A program made the position numbers and the translations under genes. A stretch of 64,000 nucleotides of DNA from Candidatus Altimarinota bacterium (lineage in GTDB: Bacteria; Patescibacteriota; Gracilibacteria; UBA1369; GCA-2718715). Below are positions 1-8,839 of the stretch, in pieces. The notes under the pieces were generated by a model, which saw nothing but the letters and a program-made list of their open reading frames with translations, did no database searches and had not been told where the DNA came from. Numbering within the stretch: the stretch's first letter is position 1; every line of letters begins with the position of its first letter. The stretch lies in contig JBESAV010000001.1 of assembly GCA_041242255.1 (NCBI GenBank), positions 1 through 64,000 of the forward strand, written 5' to 3'.

Positions 1-22
1 CAGACGTGTGCTCTTCCGATCT
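1..22 (+). other. Illumina TruSeq adapter remnant (artefact)
   Basis: CAGACGTGTGCTCTTCCGATCT is the 3' end of the TruSeq read-2 primer/adapter sequence; it sits at the contig start. Confidence 0.97.
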
Positions 23-94
23 CTTAAATCAAGAAAAGTTCGTTCTGTTGTCGTAATTTGTAGCGACCCACGCCACAAACAAAGACAAGGTTAA
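23..94 (+). CDS. rpmJ: 50S ribosomal protein L36, 3' part (5'-truncated)
   Basis: Manual translation LKSRKVRSVVVICSDPRHKQRQG*; the HKQRQG C-terminus is diagnostic, and it lies directly upstream of rpsM. Confidence 0.93.
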   Translation, partial: LKSRKVRSVVVICSDPRHKQRQG

Positions 95-116
95 AGACAT
101 TTAATTTTACATAACT

Positions 117-482
117 ATGGCAAGAATCGCCGGTGTAAATCTTCCAAAGCAAAAAAGAATAGTTATAGCTCTTACTTACATCACAGGTGTAGGTAGATCA
201 ACTTCAGAAGAGCTACTTTCAAAGCTAGGGATAGATGAAAACACTAAAGCTCAGGATTTATCTGAAGGCCAAATTGTACAACTTAGAGAAGAAGTATCTA
301 AGCTTACGGTTGAAGGTGACCTGAGAAGAAACACATCTATGAACATCAAAAGACTTCAAGAAATTGGATCTTACAGAGGTTACAGACATAGAAGAGGTCT
401 TCCAGTAAGAGGACAAAAAACAAAGAGAAATGCTCGTACAAGAAAAGGTAAAAAGAAAACAGTAGCAAATAAGAAGAAATAA
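117..482 (+). CDS. rpsM: 30S ribosomal protein S13
   Basis: [27 protein letters not shown] motifs. Confidence 0.99.
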   Translation: MARIAGVNLPKQKRIVIALTYITGVGRSTSEELLSKLGIDENTKAQDLSEGQIVQLREEVSKLTVEGDLRRNTSMNIKRLQEIGSYRGYRHRRGLPVRGQKTKRNARTRKGKKKTVANKKK

Positions 483-483
483 T

Positions 484-867
484 ATGGCTAAAAAAACTAC
501 TTCAAAAAAAGTAAAAAAGAGCGTACCACACGGAAAAGCATTTATTCAATGTTCTTTCAATAATACGCTTGTAACCATCACTGATCTTGATGGTCAAACA
601 ATCGCTTGGAGCAGCTCAGGAAGCAATGGCTTCAAAGGATCAAGAAAATCAACTCCATACGCAGCCCAAGTTGCCGCTGAAAACGCAGTTGAAAAAGCAA
701 AAATTCATGGACTTGAAAAAGTTGATGTATTTGTAAAAGGAGTTGGACCTGGTAGAGAACAAGCTATCAGAGGACTTCAAGCCGCTGGAGCAAACGTTGA
801 ATCAATCACTGATACAACTCCAGTTGCTCACAATGGAACTCGTTCTAGAAAACCTAGACGTAACTAA
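484..867 (+). CDS. rpsK: 30S ribosomal protein S11
   Basis: [28 protein letters not shown] motifs. Confidence 0.99.
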   Translation: MAKKTTSKKVKKSVPHGKAFIQCSFNNTLVTITDLDGQTIAWSSSGSNGFKGSRKSTPYAAQVAAENAVEKAKIHGLEKVDVFVKGVGPGREQAIRGLQAAGANVESITDTTPVAHNGTRSRKPRRN

Positions 868-890
868 TTATAAATTAAACATTAATTAAT

Positions 891-1508
891 ATGTCACGAT
901 ACACAGGACCTATCGTTCGTAAATCAAGACGTTATGGAGCAATGCTTTTCAGTAATGGAAAAAGTAAGCAAAATGCTTTCAACAAAAGAAAGTATCCACC
1001 AGGACAACACGGACGTGGAGGTTTCAAAACTCAATCTGAATACGCTAAACAATTAATGGAAAAGCAAAAAGCTAGATTCATGTTTGGTATTTCAGAAAAA
1101 CAATTCAGAAAATACTACAAAAAAGCCGACAATACTGACGGTGTAACTGGTCAAGAACTTCTTAAATTCCTAGAAAGAAGACTAGATAACGTAATATTCA
1201 GAGCTGGACTAGCTTCTACAAGAAGACAAGCTAGACAAATCGTAACTCACGGACACATCTTACTAAACGGAAAAAGAGTCGACATTCCTTCAATCGAAGT
1301 ACAAGTCGGAGATGAATTCGAAGTAAGATCTAAATCTCAAAACAGTCCTCTTTTTGCAGAAGTTAAAGCTGCTAAGAAAGGAAGTCATGCAAAATGGCTA
1401 AAAGTTGACTTCGGAAAACTTAAAGGATCTGTTGAAAATCTTCCAGAAGATGATGATCTTGAAAGAATCATCAACCCTCAGTTGATCGTAGAGTTCTACT
1501 CTAAATAA
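891..1508 (+). CDS. rpsD: 30S ribosomal protein S4
   Basis: MSRYTGP, PPGQHG, LERRLDN, IVEFYSK. Confidence 0.99.
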   Translation: MSRYTGPIVRKSRRYGAMLFSNGKSKQNAFNKRKYPPGQHGRGGFKTQSEYAKQLMEKQKARFMFGISEKQFRKYYKKADNTDGVTGQELLKFLERRLDNVIFRAGLASTRRQARQIVTHGHILLNGKRVDIPSIEVQVGDEFEVRSKSQNSPLFAEVKAAKKGSHAKWLKVDFGKLKGSVENLPEDDDLERIINPQLIVEFYSK

Positions 1509-1545
1509 TAAACTACTTCTCCAATCAATTAATCGCTCCAAAAAT

Positions 1546-2520
1546 ATGCACTTAATACAAGAACTAATCGGACTACCTCAAATCAAAAAGGATGAACACA
1601 ATCCAAATGAGGTCACATTCACAATTAGTCCACTTCCTAACGGTTATGGTACTACCCTAGGAAATTCACTTAGAAGAATTCTACTTTCTTCTCTACCTGG
1701 TTCTGCAATCACTGGTATCAAAATCAAAGGTAAAAACTATGAGTACTCTACAATCGAAGGAGCAAAAGATAGCGTACTTCAAATGCTTTTGACGATGAAA
1801 AAAATCCAGTTCAAGAAAACTTCAACCGAAAGTTCAATCTTAGAGCTCAAAGCTACTAAGGCAGGAGAAATCAAAGCTGGAGACATTAAAACTCCATCTG
1901 ATGTTGAAATCTTGAATCCTGATCTAGTTATTACAACTTTAGAAAAAGGATCAAGTCTTGAAATGCAAATCAAAGTAGAAAAAAACGTAGGATACATTAC
2001 TGCTAAAGAGAAAAAAGAATCAGAGTCAGAAGTTGATTGGATCTGGACTGATGCATTCTTCTCTCCAGTAAAAAAAGTACAATTCAAAGCTGAAGACACT
2101 CGTGTAGGTCAAATGACAAATCTAGATAAACTAACTGTCCTAGTAGAAACAGACGGTAGTATTACTCCAGAAGAAGCACTAAAATTTGCTGCAAACCTTG
2201 GTCAATCTTACTTCCAACTATTCAATCATGAGAAAGTTCAAATCGAACCAGAATTCATGAGCGATGTAGATCAAATCACTACAAAACAAGAGGAAGAAGA
2301 AAACCAAAAACCAGTAAAAGAAACTTACACACCAATCGAAATCCTTGGTCTATCTCCTAGAACATTAAATGCTCTAATTAACGGAGAAATTGGATCAATC
2401 GAACAACTAGTAAAATGTACTGAATCAAAACTTACAAATCTAAGAGGATTCGGTAAGAAAGCTCTAAACGAAGTTAAAGAGTCACTATCTACTAGAGGAC
2501 TAACACTTGCAGACGACTAA
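1546..2520 (+). CDS. rpoA: RNA polymerase alpha subunit
   Basis: GYGTTLGNSLRRILLSSLPG, DAFFSPV, alpha-CTD LSPRTLNAL...NLRGFGKK. Confidence 0.99.
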   Translation: MHLIQELIGLPQIKKDEHNPNEVTFTISPLPNGYGTTLGNSLRRILLSSLPGSAITGIKIKGKNYEYSTIEGAKDSVLQMLLTMKKIQFKKTSTESSILELKATKAGEIKAGDIKTPSDVEILNPDLVITTLEKGSSLEMQIKVEKNVGYITAKEKKESESEVDWIWTDAFFSPVKKVQFKAEDTRVGQMTNLDKLTVLVETDGSITPEEALKFAANLGQSYFQLFNHEKVQIEPEFMSDVDQITTKQEEEENQKPVKETYTPIEILGLSPRTLNALINGEIGSIEQLVKCTESKLTNLRGFGKKALNEVKESLSTRGLTLADD

Positions 2521-2559
2521 AAAATCTGTTAAAACTAAATCTTTACTAATTATTGAAAC

Positions 2560-2913
2560 ATGAGACATAACGTAAAAAAGACTGGTCTTCGCAAAACTAA
2601 AAGTAAACACAAAGCTCTAAGAAGAAATCTTCTAAACTCTCTTTTCAAACATGGTTACCTAACTACAACTGATAAGAAAGCTAAGATCCTTCAACCACTT
2701 GCTGAAAAAGTAATTCACATTGCTAAAAGCAAAGAGCCTCGCGAAGCTATCAGACAACTTCAGGATTACTTCCCTGAAACAGAAGTTTCTAAAAAACTTC
2801 TAACTGAAATCGCTCCAAAATACACTGATAAAAATTCTGGTTACACTCGTATGACTAAAATTGGTTATCGTGATGGTGACGGAGCTTTGATCACCAAAGT
2901 CGAATTAACTTAA
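2560..2913 (+). CDS. rplQ: 50S ribosomal protein L17
   Basis: MRH start, TTDKKAK, GYTRMTK..RDGDGA; follows rpoA. Confidence 0.97.
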   Translation: MRHNVKKTGLRKTKSKHKALRRNLLNSLFKHGYLTTTDKKAKILQPLAEKVIHIAKSKEPREAIRQLQDYFPETEVSKKLLTEIAPKYTDKNSGYTRMTKIGYRDGDGALITKVELT

Positions 2914-2925
2914 AGCACTGAAATT

Positions 2926-3354
2926 ATGAAAACAACATTCGTTAACCCAAAATCAATCGATCGCCAATGGTATATCTTCGACGCTGAAGGTAAAACTCTT
3001 GGTAGATTCGCAACTGAAATCGCCAACATCCTAAGAGGGAAAAATAAACCATCTTTCTCTCCAAGTCATGATACAGGAGATAACGTTATCATTATTAATG
3101 CTGACAAAATCCATCTTACTGGATCAAAAATGGAGTCTAAATACTACTTCAGACATTCAGGATATGTTGGTGGACTAAAAGCTGAAAACGCTGAAACAGT
3201 AATGGGTAAAAACCCAACTAAAGTAGTTTTCCAAGCTATTAGAGGAATGGTTCCAAGAAATAAAAATAGAAAAGGAACCCTTTCTAAGCTTCACATTTAC
3301 GCTGGTACAGAACACCCGCACGAAGCACAAAAGCCTGTAACATTAGAAATCTAA
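2926..3354 (+). CDS. rplM: 50S ribosomal protein L13
   Basis: WYIFDAEGKTLGR, LRGKNKP, HSGYVGGLK, HPHEAQKP. Confidence 0.99.
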   Translation: MKTTFVNPKSIDRQWYIFDAEGKTLGRFATEIANILRGKNKPSFSPSHDTGDNVIIINADKIHLTGSKMESKYYFRHSGYVGGLKAENAETVMGKNPTKVVFQAIRGMVPRNKNRKGTLSKLHIYAGTEHPHEAQKPVTLEI

Positions 3355-3355
3355 T

Positions 3356-3781
3356 ATGTCTACTCAAGAACTTAAAAACACCTTCTCTGGAAAGTACAAT
3401 TTCGGACTAGGTAAAAGAAAAAGATCAATTGCTACAGTAAGAATTTACAAAGCAAAAGACAAAGGAGAAATCTTTGTAAACGACCAAAAAATCAACGACT
3501 GGGCTGACTACCACGAACTTGTACAAAAAATCGTGAGTCCATTAGAAGCTGTTGGAATGAAAAATAAATTCAACATGACTATCGTTGTAAGAGGTGGAGG
3601 AAAAAACTCTCAAGCCGAAGCAATCCGTCACGGAATTGCCAGAGCACTTGAAGATTTCGACTCTAGCTTCAGAGAAACTCTTAAACCACTTGGATTCCTA
3701 TCAAGAGATTCAAGAGTAAAAGAAAGAAAGAAATACGGTCTAAAAAGAGCAAGAAAATCTCCTCAATTCTCAAAACGTTAA
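3356..3781 (+). CDS. rpsI: 30S ribosomal protein S9
   Basis: GKRKRSIATV, QAEAIRHGIARAL, KERKKYGLKRARKSPQFSKR. Confidence 0.99.
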   Translation: MSTQELKNTFSGKYNFGLGKRKRSIATVRIYKAKDKGEIFVNDQKINDWADYHELVQKIVSPLEAVGMKNKFNMTIVVRGGGKNSQAEAIRHGIARALEDFDSSFRETLKPLGFLSRDSRVKERKKYGLKRARKSPQFSKR

Positions 3782-3807
3782 ACATTTGTTTACGTATCAG
3801 AGAAATC

Positions 3808-3840
3808 AAAAAACACCTCCCCCTTGGAAAGGTGTTTTTT
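3808..3840. terminator. Bidirectional intrinsic terminator
   Basis: AAAAAACACCT-loop-AGGTGTTTTTT between convergent rpsI and a lipoprotein gene. Confidence 0.85.
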
Positions 3841-3846
3841 ATATAC

Positions 3847-4389
3847 CTATCTAGAAATACCCAGAAATTCCTCAATGTAAGCATGCATATTGTTTCCACT
3901 ACAGTCATGACCGGAAATTAAAATATTTTCTTTTTCATCAACTATTTCAAAATATGAATAATAACACATACCACCCTCATCCCATGATACAACTTCTAAA
4001 TCGCCCTTATAATGGTAAATATTAAAATTATTATCTTCTTTTTCCAAATATCTAATAATATCTTCTGCATTTCTATTAGGCACTTTTGTCATTAAAAAAA
4101 CATCTCTAAAAACATCATCGTAATTAGTTGGCAACTCTGGGACTACACTTTTAGGACCAAAAGTAACGCTATTAGAGTATTCAAAAAATTGAAAAATGTC
4201 ATTCTCTGGTAAAGTAAAACTTTCGCCATCAAGGACCATTTCATTCTCAGAAACTATAAATTTTTTAAAAGCTTTTTCTTGATTACTTGAAATTAAATTA
4301 CTATCACCACTTATATTCATATCAGAATTACTCTGGCATCCAACAAATAACAATAATATAAAAATCAGTAATACATTTTTCATACTCAT
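3847..4389 (-). CDS. Hypothetical lipoprotein
   Basis: MKNVLLIFILLLFVGC lipobox; 180-aa ORF filling the gap between rpsI and trmD. Confidence 0.75.
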   Translation of the reverse strand: MSMKNVLLIFILLLFVGCQSNSDMNISGDSNLISSNQEKAFKKFIVSENEMVLDGESFTLPENDIFQFFEYSNSVTFGPKSVVPELPTNYDDVFRDVFLMTKVPNRNAEDIIRYLEKEDNNFNIYHYKGDLEVVSWDEGGMCYYSYFEIVDEKENILISGHDCSGNNMHAYIEEFLGISR

Positions 4390-4455
4390 AACTTATTAAG
4401 TATTTCTATCCAATTATAACAAATTATATTAAAATCCTAACAAATAACTTCAAAA

Positions 4456-5109
4456 ATGTACCGCTTCGACATTCTCACTTTATTCCCAAACTCAATTAAT
4501 CAATATTTTCAAGAGTCCATCTTAGGAAAAGCCATTGAAAACAAACTAATCGAAGTCTACCTTCATGATTTTAGAGAGTACACCAATGACAAACACAAAA
4601 AGGTAGACGACACTCCATATGGAGGAGGTGCTGGAATGGTTTTGACCCCTCAACCTGTCTACGATTGCATTCAAGCTGTCAAAAAACAAAATAAAGGAAA
4701 TGTAGTCTTCTTAAGTCCTCGAGGAACAACCTATAACCAAAAAAAAGCCGAACAGCTGAGCCAAGCACCACAACAATCATTAATCCTCATCTGCGGCCGA
4801 TATGAAGGTCTAGATCAACGTGTCATAGATTTAGTAGTCGATGAAGAGATTTCTATCGGAGATTATGTCTTAGCCGGAGGAGAAATCGGAAGCCTAATCC
4901 TTGTAGAAAGTATTTCCAGACTTTTACCAGGAGTTCTTGGAAAAGATGAATCTCATCAAACCGACTCTTTCTCAGAACACCTAGACGGCAAAAAACAACA
5001 CCCCCTCTACACCAAACCCGCAGAATTCATGGGACTCAAAGTCCCAGAAGTTCTTCAAAGTGGACACCATGGAAAGATAGAAGAATGGAAAAAAAATAAT
5101 CTTAAATAA
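4456..5109 (+). CDS. trmD: tRNA (guanine37-N1)-methyltransferase
   Basis: FDILTLFP, VDDTPYGGGAGM, CGRYEG.DQR, SIGDYVL.GGE. Confidence 0.99.
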   Translation: MYRFDILTLFPNSINQYFQESILGKAIENKLIEVYLHDFREYTNDKHKKVDDTPYGGGAGMVLTPQPVYDCIQAVKKQNKGNVVFLSPRGTTYNQKKAEQLSQAPQQSLILICGRYEGLDQRVIDLVVDEEISIGDYVLAGGEIGSLILVESISRLLPGVLGKDESHQTDSFSEHLDGKKQHPLYTKPAEFMGLKVPEVLQSGHHGKIEEWKKNNLK

Positions 5110-5110
5110 A

Positions 5111-7717
5111 ATGCTCCAATCAAAACACTCAGGCCTGACCGAATCCGAAGCCAAAAAACTTCTCCAAGAACACGGACCAAACACTCTAACCAAAGCTAAA
5201 AAAAGAAACTACTTCAAAGAACTTTGGGAAGAGATTAAAAACCCAATGACCCTCATACTAATATTCGCTTCAGGAGTTTCTTTTGCCTTAGGTGAAACCA
5301 TCGACAGTAGCATTATCTTAGGAATCATCATTCTCAACATAGCTCTAGGATTTTTCCAAAAATTCAAAGCCGACAAAGCAGTAGAAAAACTTCAATCTCT
5401 AGTAAACCCTCAAACTAAAGTATTTAGAGACAACAAACTTATCTCAATTGATTCCAAGCTCTTGGTACCAGGTGACATCATAAAACTATCCGAAGGAGAT
5501 CTTATCCCAGCAGATGCAAAAATACTTGAATCGAAACAATTCTATGTCCAAGAAAGCACCCTTACAGGTGAATCAGTTCCACTAAACAAAAATCCAGAAG
5601 ACAAACTTTTCATGGGAACAGAAAGCGTGCAAGGAACAGCCATTGCTCAAGTAACTGACACAGGTCAATCCACAGAATTTGGACAAATCGCTGACCTAAC
5701 AGCCAAAACAAAAAAAGACCTCAGCCCACTTCAAAAAGAAATCGTAGGTCTAAGCAGAACGATTGCTAAAGCCATGTTGCTAATATCAGCTATATTTTTT
5801 GCAGTTAGTATCTACAAAAATGGAACAGATCAACTTCTAGAAACAATCATTTTCACAGCCTCCATTGCAGTAGCCGCTGTACCAGAAGGATTGCCGACCA
5901 CCATAACTTTATCACTAAGTTTAGGAATTCAAAGGCTTGCTAAAAAAGGAAGTATTATCAAAAACCTTTCATCTGTAGAAACCCTAGGTAGCACCGATGT
6001 TCTTGTAACAGACAAAACTGGAACCCTCACCAAAAACGAAATGACAGTCACCAAAATACTTACCCAAGATCACCAAATCCAAGTATCAGGTAGTGGTTAC
6101 GAACCAAAAGGAAATTTAGACTTTAACCATAACGACTTACAAATAAACAATCAAACCAACCATTCACTTCTATCCAACTCACCAGAAATAGATCAATTTC
6201 TCAAATACCAAAGTTTAGTAGCTCTGTACTGTAACGACAGCTTGATCGAAGAAAAAAACGGCTCATATGATCTAATAGGTGACCCTACAGAAGGTGCTTT
6301 AATAACCCTTGCCAACAAAACTCCATACAACCAAAAACAACTCCAAAACTATGAAGTAATTGATAGCATTCCATTTAACAGCCAGGATAAATTTATGGCT
6401 ACTTTAGTCAAAGATAAAGAATCCAACAAAAAATTCATCTTAGTAAAAGGTGCACCTGAAATGGTTCTAGACATGACCAAACTTGATCAAAAAACTAAAA
6501 AAGACCTCAATAAAAAAACAGATAAATTAGCCGAAGAAGCTTTACGAACTTTAGCCTTAGCTATTAAAGAAACGAGAGCTCAAAAACTTTCTGAAAAAGT
6601 AATTAAAGATTTAGAATTTGTTAGTATTACTGGAATTATCGATCCACCAAGACTCCAAACTAAAGGAGCACTTCAAGAAGCCAGCCAACTTGGACTACAA
6701 ACCATAATGGCCACAGGAGATCATCCTCTCACTGCCAAAGCAATTGGTAAACAATTAGGATTTAGTACCAAACATGTATACAAAGGCGATCAAGTTGAAA
6801 AAATGTCTGACAAAGAGCTTACAAAACTTATTAAAACAGGGGAAAACATAATCTTTGCCCGAGTTAAACCAGCCCATAAATTACGGATTGTAAACATCTG
6901 CAAAAACTTACAAAAAATTGTTGGAGTCACAGGTGATGGAGTCAACGATGCTCCAGCCTTAAAGAGAGCAGACATTGGTATAGCAATGGGTATAGCAGGA
7001 ACAGAAGTAAGTAAAGAAGCTGCTGACATGGTTCTAACCGAGGATAACTTCAACGACATTATTACTGCTATCAAAGAGGGAAGAGTAATCTATCAAAATA
7101 TTCGAAAATTTTTATTTTACATCTTCGCTACCAACCTCGGAGAAATCGCATGTATATTCATTGCCTTCATAGTAGGTCTTCCACTACCACTTACAGCAAT
7201 TCTACTTCTTGTAATAAACTTAGGAACAGACGTCTTCCCAGCTATTAGTTTAAGCTTTGAAGAGGAAGAAGACGTAACCAAAGAAGACAGTACGAGTCGC
7301 CACCTTTTAAACAAACCAACAATTCTCAGAATTCTCATTCAAGGTACAACCCTAGGAGTAATTTCTGTAGCTTTATTTGCTTATACACTAAGCCAATCAG
7401 ACAACAAAATCCTAGCCACTTCAGTTTGTTTTGTAACTCTAGTTATTGGACAGCTGGTTAATGCCTACAATGCCAAATTCAACACCCAATCAATTTTCCA
7501 ACTTGAAACACTCAAAAACTACCATCTCAACCTAAGTGTATTGTTTTCAATAGCACTTTCTTTGAGCATAGTTTACATACCTGCACTTAACCCAATTTTC
7601 AAAACTGAAAGCTTTTCCATTCTTACCTTTGAGCTTATAATCGCCCTTAGTTTCCTAATGATCCTAACTGATGAAATCAGAAAATTCATTCTCCGACGAT
7701 CTACCAAAACTACCTAA
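5111..7717 (+). CDS. Cation-transporting P-type ATPase (type IIA, Ca2+-like)
   Basis: TGES, AVPEGLP, DKTGT phosphorylation motif, KGAPE, TGD, GDGVNDAPAL, INLGTD. Confidence 0.95.
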   Translation: MLQSKHSGLTESEAKKLLQEHGPNTLTKAKKRNYFKELWEEIKNPMTLILIFASGVSFALGETIDSSIILGIIILNIALGFFQKFKADKAVEKLQSLVNPQTKVFRDNKLISIDSKLLVPGDIIKLSEGDLIPADAKILESKQFYVQESTLTGESVPLNKNPEDKLFMGTESVQGTAIAQVTDTGQSTEFGQIADLTAKTKKDLSPLQKEIVGLSRTIAKAMLLISAIFFAVSIYKNGTDQLLETIIFTASIAVAAVPEGLPTTITLSLSLGIQRLAKKGSIIKNLSSVETLGSTDVLVTDKTGTLTKNEMTVTKILTQDHQIQVSGSGYEPKGNLDFNHNDLQINNQTNHSLLSNSPEIDQFLKYQSLVALYCNDSLIEEKNGSYDLIGDPTEGALITLANKTPYNQKQLQNYEVIDSIPFNSQDKFMATLVKDKESNKKFILVKGAPEMVLDMTKLDQKTKKDLNKKTDKLAEEALRTLALAIKETRAQKLSEKVIKDLEFVSITGIIDPPRLQTKGALQEASQLGLQTIMATGDHPLTAKAIGKQLGFSTKHVYKGDQVEKMSDKELTKLIKTGENIIFARVKPAHKLRIVNICKNLQKIVGVTGDGVNDAPALKRADIGIAMGIAGTEVSKEAADMVLTEDNFNDIITAIKEGRVIYQNIRKFLFYIFATNLGEIACIFIAFIVGLPLPLTAILLLVINLGTDVFPAISLSFEEEEDVTKEDSTSRHLLNKPTILRILIQGTTLGVISVALFAYTLSQSDNKILATSVCFVTLVIGQLVNAYNAKFNTQSIFQLETLKNYHLNLSVLFSIALSLSIVYIPALNPIFKTESFSILTFELIIALSFLMILTDEIRKFILRRSTKTT

Positions 7718-7958
7718 GAAAGGAGAATCAACCTACATAAGAGTAAAAGTTTCACCAGGCTCAAAATTCCAGAAAATCAAACTAATGAGTGACAACTTAA
7801 CCTACAAAGTTTATATTCAATCACCACCAAACAAGGGAAAAGCCAACAAGGAATTGATCAATTTTCTAGCACAACAGTACAAAATCCCAAGAAACAACTT
7901 AAAAATAATCAGTGGAGAATTCTCACAAATAAAACTCATAAGAATAAAAAATGTCTGA
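7671..7958 (+). CDS. DUF167/YggU family protein
   Basis: IRVKVSP, SPPNKGKANKELI, IISGEFSQIK motifs. Confidence 0.85.
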   Translation: MKSENSFSDDLPKLPKKGESTYIRVKVSPGSKFQKIKLMSDNLTYKVYIQSPPNKGKANKELINFLAQQYKIPRNNLKIISGEFSQIKLIRIKNV

Positions 7959-8802
7959 CCAAAACTTACAACAAAAAACAATTCAAAAACTCAAAGAACA
8001 CAATTTATATGCAAAGAAAAAACTTGGTCAAAACTTCCTGATTAGCCAAAAAGCACTCAATCAGATCCTACAAGCCTCAAACCCGCAACCTCAGGAGCAA
8101 ATCCTCGAAATAGGCCCTGGAACAGGAAACCTCACTCAAGAACTCTTACAGAGCAATATCGACCTCACAGTAGTAGAAAAAGACTCAGACATGCTTCCAA
8201 TCCTAACAGAACTTCAAAAACAACAACCATTTCGACTTATAAATGCCGATGGTCTTCATCTACCATTCCAAGAACTAAATCTTAAAACTGGATATAAAGT
8301 CATAGCTAACATTCCTTACTACATCACATCACCACTTATCAACAAATTCCTCAAATACGCATTCATTAATGAAAATCCAACTCCAAAATCATTAACTTTA
8401 ATGGTACAACTCGAGGTCGCTGAAAAAATATGCGACCAAAACAAACTTAATGTTTTGCGGGCTAACATAATTGCATTTGGAGACACAAGGATTGTAGCTA
8501 AAGTCCCAGCATCTAAATTCTATCCAGCTCCCAAAGTAGACTCAGCTATAATTCATATCGACGTATCCCCTTCTCCAAAAGTAAACTGCGACTTACAAAA
8601 ATTCTTTAAAATTATTCTGGCCTCTTTTGGATCAAGAAGAAAAACCCTAAAAAACAACCTCAAGTCTCTAGCTAAAGCATGGGAATTTGACCTTCAAGAC
8701 CTATCTCAACAAACCAAAATAGACTTATCTAAACGAGCTGAAGCCCTGTCTCTTCAAGATTTTGAAAAAATCACAAACTACATAACTACCCACACAAGCT
8801 AA
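7951..8802 (+). CDS. rsmA: 16S rRNA adenine dimethyltransferase KsgA
   Basis: KKLGQNFL, LEIGPGTG, ANIPYYITSP, FYPAPKVDS. Confidence 0.98.
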   Translation: MSDQNLQQKTIQKLKEHNLYAKKKLGQNFLISQKALNQILQASNPQPQEQILEIGPGTGNLTQELLQSNIDLTVVEKDSDMLPILTELQKQQPFRLINADGLHLPFQELNLKTGYKVIANIPYYITSPLINKFLKYAFINENPTPKSLTLMVQLEVAEKICDQNKLNVLRANIIAFGDTRIVAKVPASKFYPAPKVDSAIIHIDVSPSPKVNCDLQKFFKIILASFGSRRKTLKNNLKSLAKAWEFDLQDLSQQTKIDLSKRAEALSLQDFEKITNYITTHTS

Positions 8803-8839
8803 AACCTGTATAATTCCATCAAATAAATAAAAACAATCC

